64,000 nt of DNA. Origin: Glaucostegus cemiculus (taxonomy: Eukaryota). Positions within the stretch are counted from its first letter, which is position 1; every line of letters starts with the position of its first letter. The notes under the pieces are model-generated. The model saw only the letters and a list, made by a program, of their open reading frames with translations, ran no database searches and was not told the DNA's origin. This document shows, piece by piece, positions 24,474-37,035 of this stretch. The stretch is from NCBI GenBank assembly GCA_976551045.1, contig CDPCPM010000012.1:40548001-40612000 (forward strand), given 5' to 3'. The position numbers and the translations under genes are program-made.

Positions 24474-24746
24474 CGTGGTAGTGTAGCAGTTAGTGTAATG
24501 CTATTACAGCACCAGTGACCCAGGTTCAATTTCGGCCACTGTCTGTAAGGAGTTTGTACATTCTCACGGTGTCCGCATGGGTTTCCTGCGGGTGCTCCGG
24601 TTTCCTCCCACATTCCAAAGACATACAGGTTAGGAAGCTGTGGGCATGCTGTGTTGGCACCAGAAGCGTGGCGACACTTGCGGGCTGCCCCCAGAACACT
24701 CTATACAAAAGATGCGTTTCATGTGACTAATAAAGATAGCTGATCT
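24474..24746 (+). mobile_element. V-SINE with non-CR1 (Rex-like) tail
   Basis: tRNA-like head and V-domain as in other copies, but ends gatgcgtttcatgtgactaataaag. Confidence 0.8.
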
Positions 24747-25134
24747 TAAGGCAGACTTTGTTATCACTTCAGTATTGTGACACTGATCTTGAGATTCAGA
24801 ACAGAAGGACTGTTATCTAATGGCAGGCTGTTAAGGCCTGTGATAAAACTAAGAACGTGAGAAACACCACCTGCACTGTCAGGTGGTCAGTTGGCTAAAA
24901 AGCATAGTGTTGACCCACAAGCAGGAGGTTACTGGGGAAAGAAGTTATTGCAATCGGCCAGCTTGGTTCACTGCAACAGAAGGAAGGCCTGCTCCACGTG
25001 AGGAAGTGCAGAAGAATGAGTGACAAAGGATGGGCCTGCCACACTCAAACTGGTGACTCATTTCTGCTCCTCTTATTGGAGGTTTTGCTCATGACTGAGT
25101 AGGAGTAGAATCACATCTTGTTCACTGAGTGAAA

Positions 25135-25285
25135 GTAATAAACTTGCAGATGTTGGTAATTTGAAATAAAACAGAAATTTTGGAAACACTCGGCAGGTCA
25201 GGCAGCATCTGTGGAAAGAGAAACAGGGTCCCAGGTCTGAAACATTAGCTATTTCTCTTTCCACTGATGCTGCCTGATCTTGTTT
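25135..25285. mobile_element. Older palindromic Penelope-like-terminus element
   Basis: ggtcaggcagcatctgtggaaagagaaa...tttctctttccactgatgctgcctga inverted arms; related pieces at about 9990-10065 and 29490-29530. Confidence 0.6.
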
Positions 25286-26927
25286 ACTGGAACCAAGTAA
25301 ATGGAGCTGTTGTGAAATAGTGCTCGATGATAAGGATGTCCAAATGCTGTATGGTAACAAGAACCTCAATCATCTGTAGTTCAACTCTCTTGACTATGTT
25401 TTGATCAAGGCTGTGATGAAGTTTGGAGGTGTGTTGTCGTGTCATAGCCCAAAATGGGCATTGGTGTGTGCGTTATTGGTGAATGAATTCTGCCTGTTGG
25501 CACTTTCAATGATACTTCCATTGCTTTACTGATGAATGAAGATCACTGTGATATTTATTACCTGTACCAACTCTTTAAATCATTTACACATTTGAATACA
25601 AATAGATTGAAACATCCTGTCTCCCAGTTCTGAAAGTAGAGTCAGCAAGAAAGATGTCTATGTAATGTTAGTAGGAATTTAAATTGCAAAGTAATGATCT
25701 GTGTGTGATTACCTGAGATATACAACTTGAAACTTTGTTTTGGGGAGTTAAGAAAGTTTCCAAAACAATATAGCTTATATTTAGCCATTTTAGAAACATT
25801 TACACAACAGTTTGAACTTGGTTTCCAATATGCATTCCCATAACTTGCTGGAGCCGAGGTCAATAAATAATTGTACAGTGTTTCACAGAATACTGTAAAC
25901 AGAAGGCTTGGTACAATTTTACATGAAAATGACAAGATGGTGCTAAGTGTAAACTAAAAGCATTTCCTTGGTTGGTAGCACAAATACACTAGTTAGCTCC
26001 TCCAAAATTCAGTTTCATTTACTTAAGTGGATTGAAGTTCAGAGGTAGTGTGCAATGTACTAGTGTCATCATGTAGCGCAATTAGCACTACAAAGTGGGG
26101 AGTGAATTTCCAGGCAACAGCATCTAAAATAAGATTTGTAAGTAAAAACCTGAAGGAACAAGACGTGTCTTTAATTTTCTACATGTTCTTCAAATTATGA
26201 CTTTACTAGCCATTAACAAATTAATTGGAAAGGGGATGTTTTGTTTTAACAAGAGTTTAAAAGCTGCACACTTGAGTAAAATGATTTTCAAACAGGTAAT
26301 GGCTTGGGAGAGAAAATCTGTTTCTGCAGATTGACTGCTAATGGGCAATGTCATCAGTCAATTAACTTTATTTTATAAATTATTTTTTTAGATGTAAGGG
26401 ATTGATCTGGATCACATGGTCTTTCAGGAAGAGATTTCCAAGTTCTAATTGATTTAAAAAAAACAATCTGGATGCTACCCATTACTGTGATGTCTCACTT
26501 ATGTTTTCCATATATAACCAGAACACCAAAACAAAGTCCTAGATCACAGATCTTTTTTCCAGCATTTCACAATGGCCAATGGCTCAGCTCCAGAAGTTTT
26601 CTTTATGACGTAGACAAAGGTGTTGCCGCCTTGTCCGTGGGGAATGCCAGGCGCTACATGATACATTCCTGACCCTCAAATTTTAGCATTGGTTTTAGCA
26701 TATTCACAACTCCGATTGTCTTCCCTTCTCCTCCAGTGCCTTGTGACAAAACAAAACATTCATTTATTTATTTTCTTAAAGAATTCTTTTGAACTAGCTT
26801 AAGCAAAAGAAATTGCAATTAGCTCTCAAACCATAAAAAATCAAGCTGAAAACATCACTACCCTATTTTAAAGTTCCCTTTCCCATGCATGTGGATAGCT
26901 CAGCAAAAATCCAGCAAACAAACTAAT

Positions 26928-27158
26928 AGAACATAGAACATAGAAAAACTACAGCACAATTCAGGCCCTTCGGCTCACAAAGCTGTGCCGAACATGTCCC
27001 TACACTAGAAATTACCGGGCATTCCCATAGCCCTCTATTTTACCTAGGTCCATGTACCTATCTAACAGTCTCTTGAAAGATCCTATCATATCCGCCTCCA
27101 CCACTGCTTCCTGCAGCCCATTCCACGCACTCACCAGTCTCTGAGTAAAAAACTTCCC
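26928..27158 (-). mobile_element. Young CR1 3' end, same family as 7050-9835
   Basis: (atagaac)n tail, then the reverse complement of 9760-9810 (acagcacaattcaggcccttc..tgtgccgaacatgtccc). Confidence 0.88.
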
Positions 27159-27711
27159 AGAAATTCACATTGGTTTATATCTAAATATAGTGACAAAGTT
27201 GTGAGAGTATGTTGAATTTGCTTTTAAAATTAATTCCATTGTGGTCAACTACTACATGACCAGGATGATCTGACATAGCTGGCACAAGCCAAATAACAGC
27301 ATAACAGTTCTTTTTCTATGAATTATAATACTTTGCTGGACAATTACAGAGACTCGAGATATGAAAACAGAAAAGTTGAAACTGAGAAGGAAAATTTTGT
27401 GGTACCTGGAGGTTACTTTTTGTCATTTCTCTCTGGAGGTTAAAGCAACTACAGGCTGGCAAGTAAGCCTGCCTAAAATCCCTTCCATTGAAATGAGTGA
27501 AAAGGTAATTCAGTGAACTGTGTAAAGAGCACGTGATCAGTCCTACCAAAACTGGTGCTTAAAGGTCAGTAAAAACAAAAATGAACCATGGGGATAATTG
27601 ATAGATTACTGTATGAATACAGCCCTTTCACAAAAGGATCCTTCCCTTTCATAGACACACATTTCCAGCACCTTTTAAAGCGCTTTCAGAATTTGTTCCA
27701 TTTAGAAATGG

Positions 27712-29134
27712 TTCCTTCAGGCAGACACAGCATGGATTCAGGAAAGGCAGGTCCTGTTTGACAAACTTACTGGAGTTCTTTGAGGATATAACGAGTGCAG
27801 TTGATAGAAGGGAACAAGTGAATGCTGTACATTTGGATTTCCAGAAGGCATTCAGTAAGGTGCTGCATAAAAGACTTACCCATAAAATAAGGACGCATAG
27901 AGTTGGGGGGTAATGTATTGGCATGGATTGAGGGTTGGTTAACCAATAGGAGGCAGAGAGTTGGGATAAATGGGTGTTTCTCTGGTTGGCAATCAGTGGT
28001 GAGCAGAGTGCCATGTATCTAAATTTGCTGATGACACTAAACTGAATGGAAAAGCAAATTGTGCAGGGGTTGCGGAGAGTCTGCAGAGAGATATAGATAG
28101 GTTAAGTGTGTGGGCAAGGGTCTACCAGATGGAGTACAATGTTGGTAAATGCAAGGTCATCCACTTAGGAAGGAAAAATAAAAGATCAGATTATTTATTT
28201 AAATGGTGAAAGATTGCAGCATGCTGTTGTGCAGAGGGACTCAGGAGTGCTTGAATATGAATTATAAAAGGTTGGTTTGCAGGTGAAACAGGTTATCAAA
28301 AAGGCAAATAGAATATTTGCCTTCATTGCTAGAGGGATTGAATTTAAGAGCAGGGAGGTTATGCTGTAACTGTACAGGGTCCTGGTGGGGCTGCAGCTGG
28401 GGTACTGCATGCAGTTCTGGTCTCCTTACTTGAGGAAGGATATGCTGGCTTTGGAGGAGATTCACCAGGTTGATTCCAGAGATGGGGGTTAGTCTATGAT
28501 GAGAGATTGAGTCACCTGGGACTATACTCGCTGGAATTCAGAAGGATGAGAGGGGATCAGAGGCAGGAAGGTTGTTCCCAATGGTACGTGAGGTTAGAAC
28601 TAGGGGACATAGCCTCAAGATTGGGGAGAATAGATTTAGGATGGAGAAGAGGAGAAACTGCTTTTCCCAGAGAGTAGTGAATCTGTGGAATTCTCTGATA
28701 TTGGTGTCGGTTTGTTATTGTCACTTGTACCGAGGTACAGTGAAAAACTTGTCTTATAAACCGATCGTACAGGTCAGTTCATTACACAGTTCAGTTACAT
28801 TGAGTTAGTACAAAGTGCATTGATGTAGTACAGGTAAAAACACTAACAGTACAGAGTAAAGTGCCACAGCTACAGAGAAAGTGCAGTGCAATAAGGTGCA
28901 GGGTCACAACAAGGTAGATCATGAGGTCAGAGAAGCAGTGGAGGCTACCTCATTAAATATATTTAAGACACAGTTAGATGGATGTTTGCATAGTAGGGGA
29001 ATTAAAGGTTATGAGGAAAAGGCAGGTAGGTGGAGCTGAGTCCATGGCCAAATCAGCCATGATCTTAATGCATGGCAGAGCAGGCTCGATGGGCCAGTTG
29101 GCCTACCCTGTTCCTACTTCTTATGTTCTTATGT
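27712..29134 (+). mobile_element. Decayed CR1 RT/3' region with nested Rex 3' end
   Basis: QHGFRKGRSCLTNLLEFFE, DFQKAFSK, KFADDTK; tail ttcttatgttcttatgtt. Confidence 0.85.
28700..28927 (-). mobile_element. Rex1/Babar 3' end nested in CR1
   Basis: ggtttgttattgtcacttgtaccgaggtacagtg interrupts the CR1 between gaattctctg and cagagaagcagtggaggc. Confidence 0.8.
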
Positions 29135-30237
29135 TCTTTTTGCATTGTGTTCTTGCTTTGCTGCTATCATCAAATTATAGAATTGTTATGGCACTGAAGG
29201 AGGTCACTCAGCCTACTGAGTCTGTGCTGGCTCTAGCCGGCTCTTTGTAGAACAGTTCAGTTATTCATTCCCCTGCTCTATCCCCATAACATTCCAAGTT
29301 GTTTTCCCCATCCAGTACATATCTATTTCACATTTGAATATACCGAATGACTGTTTCACCAACCTTCACAAGGATGAGTTGCAGATCATGACTACTTTCT
29401 GCGCTAAAATGATTTTCTTCACATTCTCCTGTAATTTTTGCCCATCGCTTTGGATCTGTATCCTGCAGTCCTTGAACCATTCACTATTAAGATGCTGCCT
29501 GACCTGCTGAGTTTCTCCAGCAGTATTTTTTTGAACAGCTTCTCCCTGTTTGCCTACCTTAACTTGCTGTGATCCTTTGATCACTTCCATCAAATGTCTT
29601 CTCAGCCTTATGCTCCAAGGAGAACAATCCCAGGTTTCCCACTCTATCCTTGTAAATCTCCATGGCAACCTGCATCTATTTGGCAAAATGTCTCCCAGAA
29701 TCAAACATAGTTAGATATATACTACCACTGCTAAATTCTAATTAAGAGATAGTTGCTGTTGAAGCATGCAGAGAAGCATTAACCAAATTTTCGTGATCCA
29801 CCACTTGGCTCAAGCTGCAGCTTTTATTTTACACAGTTTAATGACTGAACAATCTGCAATTATCATTTTATCTTTTCATGTACATTAGATTCTGCTTTAA
29901 CAGTTCAGATATTATATAATTAGTCCAAACTACAACATTGTGTCACACAAACCAAGTGACCTGCTTCACTTAATCTGAGAGTACAGTTAAAAGTGACCAT
30001 AGTCTTGCCATGCATCTGTTTGCAACAAAATGTTGAATGCACAATTTGATCCCCAGAAGGTGTCTGAAGCAGATGGTTCATCAGTATAATGAAAACAAAG
30101 ATTTATACCATGCTGATGTTGTGTGTCCAGATCTCACCTGTGCAAAATCACAGAACACCATTGCAACTTTATGTGTTACCTCAGTTCTGAAATCAAGACC
30201 TATGTTGGTTGTTCTTGAATCAGTCCAAAAATTAGTC

Positions 30238-30832
30238 ATCAGTCAGGATATTGAATATAGAAGTTGGGAGGTTGATTGTACAAGATGTTGGTGAGGCCAC
30301 ACACTTGGAGTATTATGTTCAGTTTTGGTCACCCTGTTATAGGAAGGATGTGATTAAACTGGAAGGAGTACAAAAAAGATTTCCAAGGATGTTGCCAGGA
30401 CTTGAGGGACTGAGTTATAGGGAGAGGTTATTCCTTGGAGTGTAGCAGACTGAAGGGTGATCTCATAGAGGCATATATAATCATAAGGGGCATAGATAGG
30501 GTGAGTGGTCTTTTTTTCCAGGGTTGGGGAATTGAAAACTAGAGGACATAGTTTTAAGGTTAGAGGTGAAAGCTTTCATAAGAACCTGAGGGGCAACTTT
30601 TTTACACAGCGGGTGGTAGATACATGGACCCAGCTGCCAGCAGAAGTGGTGGTTGAGGCAGGTACATTAGATGCATTTAAGAAGTATGTGGTCAGGTATA
30701 TGGATGGCAAGAGTTTAGAGGGATATGGATCAGATGATGGGAAATGGGATTAGCTTGAATATATATCTTGGTTGGCATGGACATGTATGGGCCGAAGGGT
30801 CTTGCTCTGTGCTGTATGGCTCTATGACTCTA
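30238..30832 (+). mobile_element. CR1 3' fragment
   Basis: HLEYYVQFWSPCYRKDVIKLEGVQKRF, RGNFFTQRVV; tail ctctatgactcta. Confidence 0.85.
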
Positions 30833-31534
30833 AATAATTAACTTATTTTGCTGGGTGCAGTGCAGGTTTAGAACTGAGGCACCATCAGGACTTGCAACAC
30901 TCAGTCCCTGTCGAACTTCCTCAGCTCAACACTGAGAACTCTCTACAAGTTCTCCCATTGGCATCACTTTGATGTGGTAAAACTTCCTTTATTACTGGAC
31001 CATCATAAGAATATATTAAACAATTAATGCAACAATAAGTCTCTGACAGTCCATGGACTATTACGATGACTGTTGTGCTTGGGTTGTGTCCACCAGTTTT
31101 CTTGGTCTCTGCTCATTGTCAGAGTTGTGGCATCACAAGGACATTATCCTATTTGTATGGGTCTAGTGGCTACAAATGCCATTAACACAGTTGATTGTCT
31201 ACCAATCTCTTCAGCTTGGAATTCATTGATGTGCTTCCTATGTATCCTCATAGAGTCTTTCTCTGCACCACACTGCTACAGGTTTTCATCCAAGGCTAGG
31301 AATGGAAACATCTGGACTAGGAAATGTCTACCACTGGCATTGCCCACAACCCAACATTTGTATTACTTAAGGTGGTGGAAGTTTGATTTGTTTGGCTCAA
31401 ATTTGTTAGTCAACTATCACTCCTCAATGTTATGAAATTACATCAGCAGTGAACTAAGGACCGGAAGTGTAGCTTTTGTAATACCAAAAGGATGACTTAT
31501 GAGAGTTATGTGCAGAGACCACGGGCTTATTCAC

Positions 31535-32010
31535 ATTGGAATTGTTTTATTATTGTCACATGTGTTGAGGTACAGTGAAACAGTTCTCTTGCATACCATT
31601 CATACAGATCAATTCATTACAAAGTGCATCGAGGTAGTACAAGGTAAAACAGAATGCAGAATAAAGTGTAACAGTTACAGTGAAAGTGCAGTGCAGGTAG
31701 ACAATAACGTGCAAGGTCATAGTGAAGTAGATTATGAGGTCACAAGTCCATCTTATCATACTAGGGAAGCATGCAATAGTCTTATAGAATCGGGATAGAA
31801 GCTGTCCTTGAGCCAGGTAGTACGTGCTTTTAGGCTTTTGCATCTTCTGCCTGATGGGAGGGGGGAGGAGGAAGAATGTCACTAGTGGGTAGGGTCTTTG
31901 ATTATGCTGGCAGCTTCACTGAGGCAGTGAGAAGTGTAGATAGCATCCATGGAGGGGAGGCTGGTTTCCATGATGTACTGAGCTGTGCCCCCAACTCTCT
32001 GCAGTTTCTT
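31535..32010 (-). mobile_element. Rex1/Babar 3' fragment
   Basis: Reverse Rex 3' terminus plus C-terminal coding remnant. Confidence 0.8.
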
Positions 32011-32029
32011 GCACATCGAAGTATGCTGA

Positions 32030-32340
32030 CGGTGAACCCTCCATTACTCCACATTTCTTCAAATCTCATCTGCTGTGCTTCCTCTATTTCTTTTGCTACA
32101 CCATCAGCAGCTGTGCCATCAGCCATCCAAGGCTTAACCTTTGGAATTACCCCCTCCAACCCATATCACTTCTCAACTGTTTCTGCCTTTAAGACTCAGT
32201 TTAAACCCAACCTCTTTGACCAAACATTTGGGCACTTGTTTTAATTCTTTATTTTCTAGCAGTCCCAATATTTTGCCTGATTACACACTTGCAATATGCC
32301 TAGTGATATCTTACAAAGTTAAGATGCTGTTTAAATGCTG
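32030..32340 (+). mobile_element. Old L2-like 3' end immediately upstream of the exon
   Basis: Decayed AFS..LWN..FKTQFKPNLF motif typical of L2 C-termini; a similar remnant lies on the minus strand at about 52070-52340. Confidence 0.5.
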
Positions 32341-32395
32341 GATGTTTTTCTTGAGTACAAACATACAAATCTTTCTGCTTTTATTCACAATGCAG

Positions 32396-32535
32396 TCATC
32401 AATGATGGTGCACTGGACAAGAGTGCTTTTGCTGATGAAGCTGGAAGTGAGGAGGATTTGTATGAGGACTATCGGAGTGGAAATCACCGATATGGGCACC
32501 AAGGAGGAGGCGGAGAGCAGCTGGCCATCAATGAG
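32396..32535 (+). CDS. ARHGEF4: Internal coding exon of Rho guanine nucleotide exchange factor 4 (Asef), APC-binding region
   Basis: Pyrimidine-rich acceptor ...cacaatgcag| at 32395 and donor GAG|gtatca at 32536. Encodes xINDGALDKSAFADEAGSEEDLYEDYRSGNHRYGHQGGGGEQLAINE, which matches the recalled human ARHGEF4 segment MPDGALDTAVCADEVGSEEDLYDDLHSSSHHYSHPGGGGEQLAINE better than the paralog SPATA13. Phase 1 start, phase 0 end. Confidence 0.92.
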
Positions 32536-34644
32536 GTATCAAGCTTTAGATAATTAAGCAGAATATTGTTTGTTCATAAACTAGGTACACACGCAGAAGG
32601 TCGTAATAATCTGGCATCCTTTATGTAGATCAAACATTTTTTACAATAATACTTCCAGAATAATACCTCAAAATTACTGACAGACCAAATCTCCCAGTAA
32701 TATAAATGCTCTGCTCACCAAATATTCAATAAGGTACACAGTGAAATCTTGATAAATTCATATAACATGTATGACCAATATTTACAAAAAATTCCAGATG
32801 AAAATAGTCAACTGGTAGATCTTCATCTCAACCTACTTAATCCATTCATTCTGTAAATTAAATCACCACAGAAGATTTATTGTCTGTGTGCCCTAGTGCC
32901 TTTTTTTCCCAGAGGTGACAAACACTATTGCAGTCTCCAGGTGATTGCTTGTTGACTTACTGTGTTTTTGACACTGACCTTCAATAATACCATGCTCCTA
33001 CTGCAAAAATGTGCTTGAAGGAACTGTGGGTCGGTCACCTCAGTATTGTCCTACTATTTCTTGACTACATCTTCTCGAGCGCAGTTCCCCATCACATCTG
33101 CAGGATTACCGACACTATCCTCACAGAGATATCCTCTAAGTGAATGTACATTCTTCAATTCAATTTGATGCTGATATTAGGAATGTGATAGAAAGAGACT
33201 GACTGGCAAATTGTTAAGATCATTGGAGACTCTGTGTGATGGAAGGAAGTGAGAATTGATATATCTGGATTCTGTACAATAGGTGCAAATGAGAAGTGAC
33301 AATGGTAAATTGAGACTGGATTTAAGCAAATGCATTTTTATTATTTGCTTTGTTTCGTGTAAATATATTGGTGACTCTCTGAGTATCATCTTGATTGTTG
33401 CTAATCATAGTTCTGCATGGATTGCATTGCATTCAATATTTTTGGAGTTTGGTGTTTTCTATTTCTGATATTAAAGTATAGCAAATAATTTAAAATGTAT
33501 TTCTGGTGTTATTTTCTTCCTTGGAGATAAATGTATGTGCAGAATGTCTAGCGTTGTGGTTGGAATCTGACTGTGGTTGAAGAGAGTTGGCTGCCAAGTG
33601 ATCTTTGGTCTATAGCAGGCTGCCATGTTATGTAATGGTGCAAGAACCAAAGTACCAAATATGGTGTATAACTTGAAGATTAGCAAACAGCAATAAAACA
33701 GAAGAGGAATTCTCATTCATTCACTGACCTTAACAACTATAGGGCTAATTTCACTGGCGGTCTCATGATCTGTACCTGTTGAAGTCAATAGAATATAATT
33801 GGGTTCTCTGGTGGCAGGTGACCTGATCAGCCAAATCACAGATCAGCTGGTGAAATTCAAAACTGCCTTTAGTGCCTTTTTGTAGTAAGATAATTGGTGT
33901 GGTAGTAGTGTATATAACTATGTTCTGTTCATGGTAAGTTTGTTTTCTCTGTCACTGAATTTTATGGCACAGTAGTTATCATGTGGTAATGTACAGACTG
34001 AAGGACTGGCAACTATGAAACAATTAAAATCTTACTGAGCTACAATCCATAGTGAATGTCCATAAAGCTACGGCATCAATTTTAAGTAGAGCTTCAATGT
34101 TTGGTTTTAACTAATGAAAACACAAACCACCCTGAAGGCTAGTATGAAGAACTCAGTTTTTACCTTTTTATCAATAAAACTCTGTTCTAACAATAAATAA
34201 CAGCCCTGCAGAATTTCTCCTGTCATCATTCTAAATGAGCTTTGTGCAGGGAGACGCATTGTTATGTGTGTGTTGAAAAGAAAATAACCGATCTGGTCAA
34301 ATTTCTAGGGAGGGGTGATTCTACCTTAAGTCAGAGTAAGTTCCTTCCATTTCAAAACATACTGATTCTCAGATATATTGTAAAAGTGTTACCTTCTCAA
34401 GTTCTAGACAAGCAGCTCTGTTGGTGCACCACTCCCTCAGTGTTGCACTGCTATATTTTCCTAGATCATCTGTTAAATCGTATAGACTGGGTCTTGAACC
34501 CATTGCCTTTTGACTTAGAAACAGAAGAACTGCACTAAACCAATGCTGCCTATTTTGGCTTATTTTGCCCAGTTGGACATGCTTTTAAAATATGTGCATT
34601 GAACGCTCCTCTGGATGAAGATGGCACTTGAGTGACTTATTATT

Positions 34645-35810
34645 ATTGGTTTATTATTGTCACATGTACAGTGAAAAGCTTTTGTTTTACATGCCATCCA
34701 GACAGATAATTCCATACATAATTGCCTACTGCCGAAACAGGTCTGAGGTGGATGCCATTTCCCTGGCCCTACACTCATCTCTGGAGCATCTGGACAGTAA
34801 AGACACCAACATTAGACTATTGTTTATTGACTACGGTTCCACTTTCGGTACTATAATTCCAAGTAAGTGCATCACCAAACTCCAGGGCTTGGGACTCAAC
34901 ACCTCCCTTTGCAACTGAATCCTTGACTTTCTGACCAACAGATTACAATCACTGATGACAGACAGCAACACCTCCAGCACAATTATTCTCAACACTGGTG
35001 CCCCACAAGGCTCCGTCCTCAGCCCCCTACTCTACTCCCTATACATTCATGATTGCGTAGCCCTAACCCCATCTACAAGTTTGCAGATGATGCCTCCATA
35101 GTGTGCTGTATCTCAAATAGTGATGAGTCGGAGTACAGGAAGGAGATAGAGAGCTTAGTGACATGGTGTCATCACAACAATCTTTTCCTCAATGTCAGCA
35201 TAGCAAAAGACCTGGACATTGACTTCAGGAAGGGGGGGGGCGGTGCACATACTCAATTGTTCTGAGGTTGAGAACATCACCAATAGCTTGCCCAGGTCCA
35301 GTCATGCAGATGCCATGGCCAAGAAAGCTTACCAGTGCCTCTACTTCCTCAAGAGGCTAAAGAAATTTGGCAGCACCCCGTCAACCCTCACCAATTTTTA
35401 TCAATGCACCATAGAAAGCATCCTATCTGGATGCATCACGGCTTGGTATGACAACTGCTCTGTCCATGACCGCAAGAAACTGCAGAGAGTTGTGAACACA
35501 GCTCAACACATCACGGAAACCAGTATCGCTTCCATGGACTCTGTCTTATCAACTTGCTGCCTTGGTAAAGCAGCCAGCATAATCAAAGACCCCACCCAGC
35601 CTGGTCATTATCTCTTCTCCCCTCACCCATCAGGCAGAAGATACAAAAGCCTGAAAGCACATACTACCGAGCTCAAGGACAGCTCCTATCCCACTGTTAC
35701 AAAACTATTGAGTGGTTTCCTAGTACAATAAGATGGACTTTTGACCTCATAATTTACTTCGTTATGACCTTACACCTATTGTCTACCTGTACTGCACTTT
35801 CTCTGTAGCA
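34645..35810. mobile_element. Rex1/Babar copy with inverted structure (3' terminus on minus, RT body on plus)
   Basis: 34645-34720 is the reverse 3' terminus; 34721-35810 is + strand RT ([25 protein letters not shown]) ending inside the 3' UTR. Confidence 0.8.
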
Positions 35811-36087
35811 GTTCCATGAAGTGTTTTAAAAAAGATTGCCACGTTCTCATGCAGTTAGGTAGGAGGTATAATAGTTAAACAAATTACGGAATAAATGAAT
35901 TAATTTTTAATTGTCTGAACAATAAGAAATTTCATTTTTTTATGCAGGCAATAAACTTTATAGATGAAATTATTTTTTCAGGGCCAAAGAGGTATGCAGC
36001 AAATATGGCTTTGCTGCTATCATTGAATTGTTACATCACTGGCCTTTTGAGTCCATTTCCAGCTCTTTATACAGCAATTCGCACTAC

Positions 36088-37035
36088 CCAAGAACACAAA
36101 TAATAGGAGCAGGAGTAGGTGACCTGGCACCTTACGTCTGATCTGCCATTCAGTGCAATCATGGCTGATACGCCAGGTCTCTCTCCTGTACCAGTTCCCC
36201 ATAGCTTTCAATTCCTCAGTCTTTCAAGAATTTATCTACCTCCTCTTTAAATACCTCCAGTGATCTAGCTTCAACAACCCTACAGAGGTTCACCATGCTC
36301 TGAAAGAAGGCATTCTGACACACCTCAGCTTTAAATGACTGCACCCTTGGAACTATGGCCCCTTGTTCAAGATTCTCCATCTATTGGAAACATCTGAATA
36401 TCTACTCTGTCAAACCCTCTTAGGATCTTTCAATAAGATTACCCTTCATTCTTCTGAATTTCCAAGGATTCAGGTCCAAATTCTTTAGCTGCTTGTGATA
36501 GGGCAACTATTTCATCCCAGGAATTAGCCCAGTGAATCTCTTCTGGACTGCCTCCAATGCTGGTATCTCCTTTTTAAATAATGAGACCAGATTGTACTCA
36601 GTACTCCGGGGTGCCCTTACCAACATCTTGTACAAATCTAATGATACTTCCCTATTTCTTTTCTTTTTCAATCTTATTATTGATTACAAATCAATACAGA
36701 TTAATATATAGCCATAATATATGGACTGAAAAAAATGAACTAATAACAAAATATGTGTAGTGGCTGACAAGATTAAAGAAATTGATAAAAAATATTCTGA
36801 TACTCCAAATTTGGAGCTTTTTAAAAAGAGAATAGAACTCCAATTATAACATAGTTTATTATCAACATCTTCAATTGAAAATCTACTACTTAAAAACAAA
36901 AGTCAATTTTATATACATGGTGACAAATCTGATACTTCTCTATTTCTAAACTCCAACCACCTTGTCCAACCACCTAACTACTTGCTGTATCTGCCTGCTA
37001 ACTTTTTATGAATCATAGACAAAAACACGTAGTTC
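36088..37035 (-). mobile_element. Old CR1 3' fragment hosting an L1 insertion
   Basis: Reverse CR1 tail (aagaacacaaataataggagcaggagtagg) and decayed C-terminal ORF2; resumes after the TSD at 36947. Confidence 0.65.
36660..36929 (-). mobile_element. Short L1 insertion with 5' inversion
   Basis: 18-bp TSD tgatacttcYctatttct (36642-36659, 36930-36947); minus-strand 3' end ...aataataagattgaaaaagaaa; + strand ORF2 piece IKEIDKKYSDTPNLELFKKRIELQ..KSQFYIHGDKS. Confidence 0.8.
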
